A stretch of 64,000 bases of DNA from Dehalococcoidia bacterium (GCA_030740155.1 JASLXV010000058.1:1-64000); one strand, 5' to 3'. Positions 1 to 12,831 are shown, numbered from the stretch's first letter. Notes: generated by a model not told the origin, from the sequence alone. Program-made: numbers and translations.

Positions 1-151
1 AGATTCGGCCGATCCCGGTCCTTCGACAAGCTCAGTACGCGCGGGTGCGGGCGTTGTAGGGGCGATGGGCCACGCGCCCCTACCGGATAGACCCATCGAA
101 CCATATTGTTAGGTATTGGGATATGGTCTGAGTGGAGCGGCAAGCGAAGCA

Positions 152-1126
152 ATGGACCAAACAATGAGAGCCATGCAGGTGACCGGACCCCGCCGTCTTG
201 AGATGGTGGAGGCGCCCCGGCCCAGCCCGGCGCCGGGGCAGGTGCTGATCCGTTTGGAAGCCCTCTCGGTCTGCGGGACGGATATGACGGCCTACCGGCA
301 CCCCCAACCGGAGGAGGCATACCCTCTGGCGCCCGGCACTCCCTGCCACGAGTGCGCCGGCACCATCGTGGAGAGCCGCGCCCCGGAATGGCCGGAAGGG
401 CAGCGGGTCATCCACCTCCCCGCCCTGAGTCTCGATGGGGGGTCCGAGTACGTGCTGGGCGGGTCGTCCAGCCTGGTGGCGCTCCCCCGGGACGGCGACC
501 TGGACGAGTGGCTCATGTGCCAACCCTGGGGCACCGTACTGTTCAGCCTGGAGCGCATCGGGCCGGTGGTAGGCAATCGGGTGGTGGTGCTGGGGCAGGG
601 CTGCATCGGCCTCCTCTTCACCATGACCCTCCGGCGTATGGGAGCGGGCCAGATTATCACCGTCGACCGGATCGGCCACCGGCTGGAGGCTTCGCGCCGT
701 CGCGGGGCCGACCTGGCGGTCAACTCCTTGGAGGAGGACCCCGTGGAGGCCGTGAACGAGGCCACCGGGGGCCAGGGGGCCGACCTGGTGGTGGAAGCCA
801 GCGGGGACCCGGCGGCGCTGGTGCAGGGAATCCAGATGGCACGGATGTACGGCACGGTTATGCTCTTCGGCATTCCCGAGGAGAAAACGGTTCCCTTCGA
901 CTACTTCTCCGCCATCACCAAGCAGCTCACCTTCGTGGGCACGGTCAGCGCCACCTGCGAGGCCCCGGCCCGTCCCATCCGGCTGGCGGTAGATCTGAAG
1001 CAGCAGGGGACGCCCGATCTCTCCTGGCTCGTAACCCTCCGCCTTCCCTTTGCCGAAGCTCCCAGGGGGTACGAGATGTATGCGGCCAGGAGCGACCAAG
1101 TGCTCAAAGTGGTGTTGCAGATGTGA
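152..1126 (+). CDS. Zn-dependent alcohol dehydrogenase (MDR family)
   Basis: CGTD and CHECAG zinc ligands, GQGCIG Rossmann motif, C-terminal KVVL; start chosen at ATG 152. Confidence 0.85.
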   Translation: MDQTMRAMQVTGPRRLEMVEAPRPSPAPGQVLIRLEALSVCGTDMTAYRHPQPEEAYPLAPGTPCHECAGTIVESRAPEWPEGQRVIHLPALSLDGGSEYVLGGSSSLVALPRDGDLDEWLMCQPWGTVLFSLERIGPVVGNRVVVLGQGCIGLLFTMTLRRMGAGQIITVDRIGHRLEASRRRGADLAVNSLEEDPVEAVNEATGGQGADLVVEASGDPAALVQGIQMARMYGTVMLFGIPEEKTVPFDYFSAITKQLTFVGTVSATCEAPARPIRLAVDLKQQGTPDLSWLVTLRLPFAEAPRGYEMYAARSDQVLKVVLQM

Positions 1127-1172
1127 CCTGAAGGGTGGCGCCGGGGAGTTTCCGGCCCTCAATATCAACGGC

Positions 1173-1308
1173 ACTAGTACTCAGTCAACTTAATGCTGAT
1201 AGTTGTCATTCAGAGCGAAGCGAAGAATCTCGTTGTTACGCTGAGATTCTTCGTCGCTGCGCTCCTCAGAATGACATCCTGCCAAAACGAGGCTGACTGA
1301 CCACTGGT
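1173..1308. repeat. Palindromic REP/MITE-like element (family A)
   Basis: Core GTCATTCAGAG..GAATCTC..GAGATTC..CTCAGAATGAC (1205-1275) with imperfect outer inverted repeats; related inverted copy at 59012-59084. Confidence 0.75.
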
Positions 1309-1331
1309 TCACGCTCAGGCACCCAACGCCA

Positions 1332-2687
1332 CTACCGGCGGATGGTGCGCCGGGTCGTCCGGGTGAGAGCCATCAGGTCCCGGATGTCGCCGGCTTTGTC
1401 CAGGTCCCAGAGCATCTCGAGCAGCCGCTCCACCCGCTTGCCGGGCAGCACGTCGCCCACCAGGTTCCGGAACTTGTCGTTGAGCTGGCCGTCGGTCATG
1501 GGATTCTTCAGGGACCCCGTGGCATGGGTCACCGTCTCGGTGTGGGAAGCGCCGTCCTTTTGGGTGAGCGTTACCTCGCCCGCATCCTCGGCCATGGATG
1601 GGTCGACGGTGGCGCTGATCTTGCCGCGCAGGGAAACGATGACAGGGTCCGTCGCCTTGCCGTCGGTGTATTGGGCGGGAAAGGCCGCACCGTCCACGAA
1701 GCCGACGGCCATGCAGTGCTGGTAGGAGAACTTCCCTTCCAGGCCCAGTTGGGGGTGCGGCCGGTCCATCAACTCCAGCACCAGCGGGTGCACCCGCGCC
1801 GTGACCCGCTCCACGGCATCGGGGGTGGCGCCTTCCCTGTTCCGCAGCGCGGCCATGGCGTCGATGAGAGGATGGCTGACCACGCCGCAGGAGTAGGGCT
1901 TCAGGGCGTTGTTGTACAACACCCAATCCTCGCCCAGACCGGCGGTTGCCTTATCCAGGTCGTAGAAGGCGGAGGCCACGGCGGGGAAACCACGGCGCCC
2001 CTCCAGGATGGTGGTGGAGCCGGTGAACCCTTTCCGGGCCAGCAGGCCCGCTAGGACGCCGCTCTGGGCGGCGCGGCCCGGGTGCAGCGGCTTGGCCATT
2101 GAGCCGAACACCTCCCGCACGCCGGCGGCTTGGGTCCCGGCGATGCCCATGGCGTGGACCAACTGGAGGGTTTCGAGCCCCAGGATACGTCCGGCCGCCG
2201 CCGTCCCCCCGAACACCCCGCAGGTGCCGGTAATGTGCCAGCCGGCGTCGTAGTGGGCCGGATAGACCGCCAGGCCTATCCGGCAGCACACCTCGATTCC
2301 CAGCACCGACGCGGCCAGCACCTCTCTCCCGCTGGCGCCCTGCCGCTCACCCAGGGCCAGGGCGGCCGGAATGGTGGGAGAGGACGGGTGGATTACGGTG
2401 GGGAAATGGGTGTCGTCGTAGTCTTCCAGGTGGCCCAGATAGCCATTGGCCAGCGCCGCGTTTTGCAGCGACGTGCGGACCCCGGTGCCGAGTACGGTGG
2501 CCAGGGGCCGGGATCCCTCCTCCCGGAACAGGTCCAACAGGAGGTCCAGGGAAGGGTCGCGGGCCGCGTAGAGGGCGACGGCCAGGAAGTTGATCAGGCA
2601 ACGCTTCCCTTCGTGGAGGAGAGGCTCGGTGATTCGCTCCGGAGGGGTCTCAACCACAAACCGTGCCAGCGTTTCGGTAGTACCCAT
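1332..2687 (-). CDS. MmgE/PrpD family protein
   Basis: AALANGYLGHLEDYDDTH, HPSS, GWHITG, KPLHPG, KPYSCG motifs. Confidence 0.92.
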   Translation of the reverse strand: MGTTETLARFVVETPPERITEPLLHEGKRCLINFLAVALYAARDPSLDLLLDLFREEGSRPLATVLGTGVRTSLQNAALANGYLGHLEDYDDTHFPTVIHPSSPTIPAALALGERQGASGREVLAASVLGIEVCCRIGLAVYPAHYDAGWHITGTCGVFGGTAAAGRILGLETLQLVHAMGIAGTQAAGVREVFGSMAKPLHPGRAAQSGVLAGLLARKGFTGSTTILEGRRGFPAVASAFYDLDKATAGLGEDWVLYNNALKPYSCGVVSHPLIDAMAALRNREGATPDAVERVTARVHPLVLELMDRPHPQLGLEGKFSYQHCMAVGFVDGAAFPAQYTDGKATDPVIVSLRGKISATVDPSMAEDAGEVTLTQKDGASHTETVTHATGSLKNPMTDGQLNDKFRNLVGDVLPGKRVERLLEMLWDLDKAGDIRDLMALTRTTRRTIRR

Positions 2688-2737
2688 TTGAACTCCTTAG
2701 ACGAACTCCTGGTCGGCGTGGGCCGGCCTGCCAGTGC

Positions 2738-2803
2738 GTTGACTCGGAGACGGCCGGGATCCAGCCGACGCTTTTCTGGATTCCGGCCTTCGCCGGAATG
2801 ACG
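2738..2803. repeat. REP-like inverted doublet (family C)
   Basis: CTGGATTCCGGCCTTCGCCGGAATGACG at 2776-2803 with a degenerate inverted partner upstream; same family at 37243-37434. Confidence 0.65.
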
Positions 2804-3118
2804 GTTGGAGGAAGGAATGTCGGCTAGTTTCGCCGATGTGAAGCTATTTACAAGACGGTACACCAAAGTGCGGGCGTGGCGCCACCGGCAATCGGCCGCC
2901 GGGCAGGCCGATACCGATACCGAATCTGGCGGGCTTAAATGCGACGGCCGGCGATCCGCACTCCCGATATTGGCGATCCGCGTCGCTGATCCCGCTCGTG
3001 GTGAGCTTGTCGAACCACCGGCCCCGAGCCCTTTGTCATGCTAACCAAGGACGGATGACCCTGACGGCAATTTTCGAGACTTGCTACCGGGCAGGTCGCC
3101 AAAGACACCGAACCGGTT

Positions 3119-3245
3119 TTGCCTCAAAACGGTCAATCCGGGCAGAGAAGCTACGAGGAATCTGGTGCGGGGTTCCTCAAAGGCAACTTGGACCAACCGC
3201 CCCAGGCGCCTCGATTCACTCGAAGTGACGTGTTGCAGGGCGCTC
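3119..3245. repeat. ~130 bp dispersed repeat (family B), copy 1
   Basis: TTGCCTCAAAA..ACGAGGAATCTGGTGCG..GTGAC..AGGGC(G/A)CTC, collinear with 7325-7451. Confidence 0.7.
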
Positions 3246-3326
3246 GAGGTGACATAATCCGGGCTAATCTTGGGGCCGGACCGCGGCGATCGGGCCGGAG
3301 GTCCGTTCCTATCCGGCAGCCGGTGC

Positions 3327-4052
3327 CTACCTCTTGATGATCAGCAAGGAGAAGTAGTCGAAGTCCTCCTCCGAGAGTTGGTGGATGTCTTGCACCACCT
3401 CCTCCCGGAGGGTGGTGGCCCGGCGGACGTAGATGGCCTTCCCCGCCAGGCCCAGCTTCTCCAGGTTGGCCAGAGCGTCGATCAGGGTGCGGTTCACTTC
3501 CATCAGCACGATGGTGTCGTAGTTGGTGATAGCCTCCCGAAGGTCGTCGATGCCGTAGACCGCGGGCAGGATCGCCAACCGCTGGCCGTGGGTGACCAGG
3601 GGCACGCCGGAGCTGGCCGCCGCGGCCATCACCGACGAAACGCCGGGAATAACCTCCACCGGTACGCCGGGTTCGGCCAGGAGCACCGTCTCGAGCAGGT
3701 GGGAGAAGGTGCTATATAGCATCGGGTCCCCTTCGGTGATGAAGGCGACATCTTGCCCCCGCCGTAGTCGCTCGGCGATGGCTTCTCCGGCGTTGCGCCA
3801 CGCCCGCGTCGTCTCCAGGGAACTGTCGGCGGGCAAGGCAAGCCGCAGGACTTCTTGCCGGGCATCATCCAACAGATCCTGGACCACGTCCAGGGCATAA
3901 TTCCCCCGCTCCGGTTCCGACTGGCGGACGCAGATCACCGGGACCCGCTGGAGCAGCTTCGACGCCTTAACCGTCAGCAACTCGGGGTCGCCGGGGCCCA
4001 CTCCGACCCCAAAGAAGCGGCCGTGCTGGCTGGTATTTCCCTGTTCGCTCAT
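3327..4052 (-). CDS. cobI: Precorrin-2 C20-methyltransferase
   Basis: GVGVGPGDPELLTVKA, FITEGDPMLYSTF, VIPGVSS, C-terminal YFSLLII. Confidence 0.88.
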   Translation of the reverse strand: MSEQGNTSQHGRFFGVGVGPGDPELLTVKASKLLQRVPVICVRQSEPERGNYALDVVQDLLDDARQEVLRLALPADSSLETTRAWRNAGEAIAERLRRGQDVAFITEGDPMLYSTFSHLLETVLLAEPGVPVEVIPGVSSVMAAAASSGVPLVTHGQRLAILPAVYGIDDLREAITNYDTIVLMEVNRTLIDALANLEKLGLAGKAIYVRRATTLREEVVQDIHQLSEEDFDYFSLLIIKR

Positions 4053-4166
4053 CGTTCAGCCCACCTGAAGATGTTTTCAACATTTGCCGGCCTCGCCGAG
4101 AAGCCGGCCCGAGTCCGTCGCGTTCGGGTCCGTGCCCGCTCAAGGCCGAAATCCGTCACCTACCGG

Positions 4167-6665
<2,499 letters not shown>

Positions 6666-6841
6666 ATATGGTCACCTCAAAGAAGCTACACCCGACCAAT
6701 ATATTAGCATAGAAACCGGGGTGCCAAGCCAGGGCACGGCGCGGCCCAACTGGGCCCGCTGAAGCCGCAGTCGCCCGGAGGCCGGCGATCCGCCGTGCCC
6801 AGCCGGTGCTCCAACTCGCTATTAATAAGATCAGTGGCTCA

Positions 6842-6870
6842 TTGACACTAATACCGCGAGAACCTAGAAT
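6842..6870 (+). promoter_or_regulatory. Sigma70-type promoter
   Basis: TTGACA-17nt-TAGAAT. Confidence 0.6.
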
Positions 6871-7324
6871 CCCAGTGGTCACATCATGCACTTGGTTCTT
6901 GGCACGAAATTTGGAACGGGCCGGAGCCCGGCCTTCCCACCGCATAGGGGGTTAGAGGGCCGGGCGGGCATGGTGCAACGTCGCCTCCAAGGACGGGGCC
7001 ATCGGTCCGGCCGGCCAACCTCCGCCAGCCGGCAGCGCGGCGGTGTTGCCATAATGCTAAAATCCGGTGAATAACCCGGTCACATCGAGAACCGGACTCG
7101 TCAGAGCTTTTGCCGGGATGGGCGCATACCCTCGGAATCCCTTCCAGATGATATTCGACCTCCCATCCACCCATTTCATCGACGGCTCTTAGGCGTTTGC
7201 CACTCTCAAAACCCATGGAACAGAATCCGATGCATCCCAGGGGACCGGTGCTCCGGCAGCGGCAGGGCCGTCCGGGACATGGCGGCCATAACGCGGCCGG
7301 GCCAGGCGTCCCTGGCGCTGGGCC

Positions 7325-7451
7325 TTGCCTCAAAATTGTCATTCCGAGGAGCGAGCGACGAGGAATCTGGTGCGAGGGTTTGCCCATCGGGGCCTGGACC
7401 CACCACCCCAAACCCCTCGTTTCGTTCGGAGTGACCGGTTCTAGGGCACTC
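7325..7451. repeat. ~130 bp dispersed repeat (family B), copy 2
   Basis: Collinear with 3119-3245; internal GTCATTCCGAG...TTCGGAGTGAC inverted ends. Confidence 0.7.
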
Positions 7452-7489
7452 TTGAGGGAACGCCCTGGCGCCGGGATTGGCGTTTAACC

Positions 7490-8935
7490 GTGGCCCAGGA
7501 CCGTCGTCAACGATCGCGAGATTCCGTGATTCGCCAACCCCGGCTGAGCGAGGTGCGGCCCACGGTGACGCAAATGGCGCGTCTCCGGCGTCCTCGCCGG
7601 CTGTTCAGCTTTCCGTTCATCCTGTTCCTCAATTTCGTTCTTCTCATAGTCGTAGGCGGCTCCTTGCTGACGCTGCCTGTCGCCAGCCATCAGGGCGGAT
7701 TCACTTCGCCGGAGGTCTCTTTCTTCACCGCCATCTCCGCCGTCACCGTGACTGGGCACACGGTGGTCAACACCGGTACCTACTGGACCAGTTTCGGGCA
7801 GGGGGTCATCTTCTCCCTGATGTTGGTGGGCGGCCTGGCTTTCATGGCCGTGGCCACCTTCCTGCTGGCTCTGATCGGGCAGCACTCCACCCTGCGGGAG
7901 CGGCTGGTGATGCGGGAGACCATGGCCGCGGACCGGATGGAGGGGCTGCGCCGGGTGACCGTCTTCATCATTGGGGTGGTCATATTCATGTATGTAGGCG
8001 GCGCCGGCCTCATTTTCTGGCGCATCCACGGAATGGACGGGATGAGCCTGGGTCAATCGGCGTGGCAATCCATCTTCCTCTCGGTGTCCTCATTCAACAA
8101 CGCCGGGTTCTCCATATTGCCCGAGCTTTCAGATGGCAGCGGTCTGGCCCGGCTGGCGACGGAGCGGGCTTTGCTGGGCGTGATGATGGTGCTGATCATT
8201 CTGGGGGGCATCGGCTGGACGGTGCTGGTGGATATCTCCCGGCACCGCCGTTTTGCCCGGTTCACCCTGGATACCAAGCTGGTCATCGTCACCAGCCTGG
8301 TCCTGTGGTTGCTGGGCGCCGGGGTGTTCTTCCTGGCCGAATCGGCCAATGCTGAAACAGCGGGGGGCCTGGCCTGGGGAGACAAGGTCTTGTCTTCGGT
8401 CTTCCACTCCATAAGCGGGAGGACCGCCGGGTTCGCCACCGTCGACTTCGGTGGGGCAGGGGAGTTCACCAAACTGATGTACCCCGGTCTGATGTTCATC
8501 GGTGGCGCCGCGGGCTCGGTGGCCGGCGGCATCAAGGTCGCCACCTTCGCCGTGATAATCGCCGCGGTCATATCGTCGGTCCGCGGGCGCCCCCAGGCTG
8601 AAGCCTTCGGAAGGGAAATCGCCCAGATTCAGGTGCTCCGGGCGCTGACCGTCGGCGTGCTGGGGATGGGAGTCATCATGATGTTGCTGCCCACTCTGGC
8701 GGTGCTGGAGCCGGACATCCCCTTCATGGACCTGTTGTTCGACAGCGTCTCCGCATTCAGCAACAACGGCACCTCCACCGGGATCGTGCCGGGCCTGGGC
8801 CTGGCCGGCAAGAGCATCTTCATGGTCGCCATGTTCATCGGCCGGTTGGGACCCCTGTCGCTGGCGCTGGCGTTGGCCCCGCGAGAGGAAGCCTCGGCAT
8901 ATCGTTTTGCCCAGGAAAGGGTTAAAATAGGCTGA
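7490..8935 (+). CDS. ktrB: KtrB/TrkH K+ uptake membrane subunit
   Basis: Four pore loops TVTG, FNNAGF, RTAGF, NNGT; MFIGRLGPL; RFAQERVKIG terminus. Confidence 0.9.
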   Translation: MAQDRRQRSRDSVIRQPRLSEVRPTVTQMARLRRPRRLFSFPFILFLNFVLLIVVGGSLLTLPVASHQGGFTSPEVSFFTAISAVTVTGHTVVNTGTYWTSFGQGVIFSLMLVGGLAFMAVATFLLALIGQHSTLRERLVMRETMAADRMEGLRRVTVFIIGVVIFMYVGGAGLIFWRIHGMDGMSLGQSAWQSIFLSVSSFNNAGFSILPELSDGSGLARLATERALLGVMMVLIILGGIGWTVLVDISRHRRFARFTLDTKLVIVTSLVLWLLGAGVFFLAESANAETAGGLAWGDKVLSSVFHSISGRTAGFATVDFGGAGEFTKLMYPGLMFIGGAAGSVAGGIKVATFAVIIAAVISSVRGRPQAEAFGREIAQIQVLRALTVGVLGMGVIMMLLPTLAVLEPDIPFMDLLFDSVSAFSNNGTSTGIVPGLGLAGKSIFMVAMFIGRLGPLSLALALAPREEASAYRFAQERVKIG

Positions 8936-8944
8936 CGGAGGAGA

Positions 8945-9667
8945 ATGATGAAAAAACAGGTCTGCGTCATCGGCCTCGGCCGGTTCGGCGCAGCGGTGGC
9001 CCAAGAGCTGTACCAATCTGGCCACGATGTGCTGGCGATCGACATCGACGAGGCCAAGATTCAGGAAATGCTGGGTCATGTGACCTATGCGGTTCGGGCC
9101 GACGCCTCCAACGAATCGGTGCTCAAAGAGCTTGACGTGGCCGACTTCGACGTGGCCGTGGTGGCCCTGGGAAGCGATAATGTCCAGGCGAGCATCTTAA
9201 CCACCGTCTTGCTCAAGAGCATAGAGGTGCCCTTCGTTATCGCCCGCGCCGCCAGCGAACTGCATGGGTCAACCCTGGAGCGGGTCGGCGCCGACCGGGT
9301 GGTCTACCCGGAAATGGAAAGCGCCCGCCGGACCGCCCACGTGAGCTTCACTTCCGGCGTCATCGACTATATGCCCATCGTCCCCAACTTCGGAATCAGC
9401 AAGGTGCGCCCCCCGGAGCGGATGCTGGGCCACACCTTGGAAGAGGTGGGCCTCGGCGGCTACCCGGATCGGCATGGGATCTCGGTTCTGGCCATCCGGC
9501 GAGGCCGCACTTCATTCCTCCACCCTGCCAGAGACGAGAAGATCAAGCCCGGGGACGTGCTGATTGTGGCCGGCACCAACGAGAACGTGGGCCGCCTCTA
9601 CGATATGGCGCGGGAGCTTCCGTCGCCGGTAGCTGCCGAAACGGGCGAGTCACGCCACTCCGGATAA
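8945..9667 (+). CDS. ktrA: KtrA/TrkA RCK regulatory subunit
   Basis: VIGLGRFG, GADRVVYPE, RCK_C domain; directly after ktrB. Confidence 0.9.
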   Translation: MMKKQVCVIGLGRFGAAVAQELYQSGHDVLAIDIDEAKIQEMLGHVTYAVRADASNESVLKELDVADFDVAVVALGSDNVQASILTTVLLKSIEVPFVIARAASELHGSTLERVGADRVVYPEMESARRTAHVSFTSGVIDYMPIVPNFGISKVRPPERMLGHTLEEVGLGGYPDRHGISVLAIRRGRTSFLHPARDEKIKPGDVLIVAGTNENVGRLYDMARELPSPVAAETGESRHSG

Positions 9668-9694
9668 TTCATACCAGTTCTGGCCAAAAGTCAG

Positions 9695-9723
9695 TTGAAA
9701 TAAGCGGACGCCATCCTTATAAT
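9695..9723 (+). promoter_or_regulatory. Sigma70-type promoter
   Basis: TTGAAA-17nt-TATAAT upstream of the USP gene. Confidence 0.65.
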
Positions 9724-9781
9724 CTCCCCTTGATGTTCAGAGCACTAATCCCATTCTTAGCGTAGAGGCCGGAATCTCCTC

Positions 9782-10237
9782 ATGCGACTGGACGCCAAGC
9801 GAATCTTGGTCCCCGTAAAGGGGGACCTGGCAAGCGAGCGCACCTTCCGTTGGGCTTGTCAGATGGCACGAGAAACGAAGGCCGAACTCCACGCCATTTA
9901 TGTGATCGAAGTTCCCCTCGAAATGCCCTTGGAGGCCGAGATCGCCGAGGACATCGAACGGGGAGAGCAGATCCTGGCCAGGGTCGAAGCCATCGGGATC
10001 GAGGAAAAGTGCAAAGGCGTGAAGGCCAAGTTCATGCGGGCCCGGCAGGCGGGGCCCGCCATCGTATTGGAGACCGATGACCGGTACATGGACCTGGTAA
10101 TTCTGGGGATTCCCTACCGGCGCCGCTTCGGCGCCTGCGACTTGGGAGCAACCGCCGGCTACGTTTTTCACAACGCGGGCTGCCAGGTAATTTTCTGGCG
10201 GGAACGCTCCCCCGCTCCCGTCGCGCCCCAGGGCTAA
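9782..10237 (+). CDS. Universal stress protein
   Basis: KRILVPV N-terminus, DLVILG, LGATAGYV..AGCQV. Confidence 0.85.
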   Translation: MRLDAKRILVPVKGDLASERTFRWACQMARETKAELHAIYVIEVPLEMPLEAEIAEDIERGEQILARVEAIGIEEKCKGVKAKFMRARQAGPAIVLETDDRYMDLVILGIPYRRRFGACDLGATAGYVFHNAGCQVIFWRERSPAPVAPQG

Positions 10238-10241
10238 CCGG

Positions 10242-10643
10242 ATGCGAGTGCTGATCCTGGGTTGCAACCAGCTGACCACCAATCTGGTGCTGGACCTGGC
10301 GCAGGGCGGTTCCCACGTAACCGTCGTAGCGAATGACCGTCCGTGCCTGGAGCACCTGGCCGATGCGCCGCGGGTTCAGGTCATCCTGAGCACCGAGCCC
10401 CAGATGGAAGACTATTTGCAGCAGGGGGGGATCGATAACGCCGAGGTCTTCCTGGCCTTGTCTGACGACGACCACCAGAACGCCCTGGCGGCCCAGATTG
10501 CTCTCCACATCTTCAATGTGCCCAAAGTAGTCTGCCACCTGGACAACCCTCAGCTCCAGATCCTCTACTCCGCGTTGGGACTCGACGTGGTCGGCTACTC
10601 CTTTGGCTTGCTCCAAGATATTCGCCAGGCCATTGAGAGTTAG
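10242..10643 (+). CDS. TrkA-N (RCK_N) domain protein
   Basis: MRVLILGC, GGIDNAEVFLALSDDDHQN; degenerate GxGxxG. Confidence 0.8.
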   Translation: MRVLILGCNQLTTNLVLDLAQGGSHVTVVANDRPCLEHLADAPRVQVILSTEPQMEDYLQQGGIDNAEVFLALSDDDHQNALAAQIALHIFNVPKVVCHLDNPQLQILYSALGLDVVGYSFGLLQDIRQAIES

Positions 10644-10655
10644 CGCGAGGCTTCG

Positions 10656-11318
10656 ATGTACGTGTTGATCGTGGGCTGCAGCGAGGTGGGGTATCACCTC
10701 ACCAAGGCGCTACTGGCTTCAGGGCACGAGGTGGTGGTCCTGGAGAAGGACCGTGCCCGGTATCAGCTTCTGAGCGGCGAACTGGGAAGCGTCGCTTTCC
10801 ACGGGGACGGGACCGACGAACCGACCCTTCGGCAGGCCGGGGCTTCCAGAGCGGAAGTCTTGATCGCGGTAACCGGCCGGGACGAGACCAATCTGGTCAT
10901 CTGCCAGATGACCAAGCACATCTTCCAGGTGCCCCGCACCATGGCCTTGATCAAAGACCCCAAGAATGAGCCGATCTTCCACGTTCTGGGAGTGGACGTG
11001 GTGGTCAACGCCATCCACCAGATCCTGGCCAGTTTCGAGGAAGGGGTCCCCGGCAGGCCCTTGGTCCACCTGATGAACCTCCGGGTGCCCGGCATGGAGC
11101 TGGTCAGCGTGTCCATTCCGGACGGCGCCGACATCGTGGGCAGCCGGCTGGAAGATATCGAGTTGCCGCCCCGCAGCTTCATTTCCCTGGTGATCAAAAC
11201 GGCCGGGGCGGAACTCCCATCTGGTGGCTTGGTCCTGGAGGCGGAAGACGAGGTGGTTGCGGTTACCCCCACGGGCGATGAGCAGACTCTGTACGACATT
11301 CTGACTGGGATGCAGTGA
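10656..11318 (+). CDS. TrkA family protein (RCK_N + RCK_C)
   Basis: GDGTD, AVTGRDETN, LGVDVVVN. Confidence 0.85.
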   Translation: MYVLIVGCSEVGYHLTKALLASGHEVVVLEKDRARYQLLSGELGSVAFHGDGTDEPTLRQAGASRAEVLIAVTGRDETNLVICQMTKHIFQVPRTMALIKDPKNEPIFHVLGVDVVVNAIHQILASFEEGVPGRPLVHLMNLRVPGMELVSVSIPDGADIVGSRLEDIELPPRSFISLVIKTAGAELPSGGLVLEAEDEVVAVTPTGDEQTLYDILTGMQ

Positions 11319-12157
11319 TGGCCAATAGCATCGCTTTCCTCGGCCCGGCCGGCACCTACACCGAGGAGGCCGCGCTCCTCTATGACGCCGGCGCCGACCT
11401 TCAACCCTTCTCAACCATCTCCGCTGTAGGCCATGCTGTCTCGTCGGAAACCACCGATCAGGGAGTGGTTCCCATTGAGAATAGCCTCGAAGGCTCGGTG
11501 ACTTTTACTCTGGACCTGCTAATCCGGGAGTCCGGCCTATCCATATTCAGGGAAGTGGTGTTGCCCATAAACCACTACCTGATGGCCCAGCCCGGCACCT
11601 GGATCGCCGATGTCCAGGTAGTCTACTCCCACCCTCAGTCACTGGCGCAGTGCCGGGAGTTCCTGGAGCGGACTTTTCCCAACGCCCAGCAGATTGCTTC
11701 TCTGAGCAACGCGGCGGCGGTTTCCGACATGAAAGATAGCAGCCTGCCGGCCGCCGCAATCGCACCGAGGCGGGCCGCCGAGCTATACGGCGCGGAGGTT
11801 CTCGGAAAGGACATTCAGGACGCGGCCAACAACGTCACCAGGTTTGCCGTGCTGGCCCGGCAGGACCATCCCCCGACCGGCGACGACAAGACCTCGATCT
11901 GCTTCTCTTTCCATCAAGACGCGCCGGGCGTGCTCTACCGGTCCATGGGCGAGTTCGCCACGCGCAACATCAACTTGATGAAGATTGAATCCCGGCCCAC
12001 CAAACAGTCGTTGGGAGAGTATATCTTCTTGATTGACTGCGCGGGTCATCGCCAGGATCCGCTGATTCGGGAAGCCATCGAGGCCCTTCGCCGCTCGGTG
12101 AGCATGCTGAAGGTGCTCGGGTCTTACCCCCGCTGGAACCAAGGTGATGCCAAATAA
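11315..12157 (+). CDS. pheA: Prephenate dehydratase
   Basis: FLGPAGTYTE, VPIENSLEG, SHPQ, NVTRF, KIESRP ACT domain. Confidence 0.95.
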   Translation: MMANSIAFLGPAGTYTEEAALLYDAGADLQPFSTISAVGHAVSSETTDQGVVPIENSLEGSVTFTLDLLIRESGLSIFREVVLPINHYLMAQPGTWIADVQVVYSHPQSLAQCREFLERTFPNAQQIASLSNAAAVSDMKDSSLPAAAIAPRRAAELYGAEVLGKDIQDAANNVTRFAVLARQDHPPTGDDKTSICFSFHQDAPGVLYRSMGEFATRNINLMKIESRPTKQSLGEYIFLIDCAGHRQDPLIREAIEALRRSVSMLKVLGSYPRWNQGDAK

Positions 12158-12359
12158 TGCTGGCCCTTCCCGGCCGCCGCCGCTAACACTGACCTTCCCC
12201 ACCAGCGCCCCACACATCTAGCGACAAACGATCCGAGAAGGGCCAGCCGAATCAGGCCCTGGTGTAGGTCCGGGTTGCCATCCGTTGCATCTGGGGCCTA
12301 TCTCGCATCAGGGACCCAGAGGGTGATTCCAGGTACTGCTCACCCCCGGAGTAAATGGG

Positions 12360-12602
12360 CTATCCGGGGGTCCCCACCTGTTGGTCCACGGTCCCTTCAG
12401 GGGCCTCCTCACCGCTTTTGCCCTGCATCTTGTGGCGCATGGTAGTCACGTATTCGACTGCTTTCTGCCGCAACTCGCTGGCCTGGACCGACACCACCCG
12501 CCGGCTATCTTTCCCGGGCTTGGGCGCCAACAGCAACCCGGCTATAACCCCAACCGCTGCCCCGAAGAGCATACCGGAAACCAACCTACTCGACTTCGCC
12601 AT
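12360..12602 (-). CDS. YtxH-domain protein
   Basis: GMLFGAAVGVIAGLLLAPKPGKDSR. Confidence 0.8.
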   Translation of the reverse strand: MAKSSRLVSGMLFGAAVGVIAGLLLAPKPGKDSRRVVSVQASELRQKAVEYVTTMRHKMQGKSGEEAPEGTVDQQVGTPG

Positions 12603-12831
12603 CTTCACCCCTCCTCTCCTCCGGCCGTAGCCCCTGCACCCAGCCCACCGCGTATTTCACTACCTCCAGAAGGGCGGGGATGTTGCTCAATGGGCGCGCC
12701 ACGCGCTCCGCGAAGATGTCTGAAATCACCTCTAGATTCTGAGTGGTCCTCCGCAACGGGCGGTACAATCGAAACACCATCACCGCAACCACCAAGGCCA
12801 CCATCGTGAGCACGCCGGTGAAAACGATCAC
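12586..12831 (-). CDS. Small membrane protein upstream of YtxH (start uncertain)
   Basis: N-terminal hydrophobic helix, overlaps start of the YtxH gene. Confidence 0.55.
   Translation of the reverse strand: MIVFTGVLTMVALVVAVMVFRLYRPLRRTTQNLEVISDIFAERVARPLSNIPALLEVVKYAVGWVQGLRPEERRGEDGEVE

Noticed and set aside
3327..4052. cobI as part of a cobalamin cluster
   Set aside because: No other cob/cbi genes nearby; scattered pathway genes are common.
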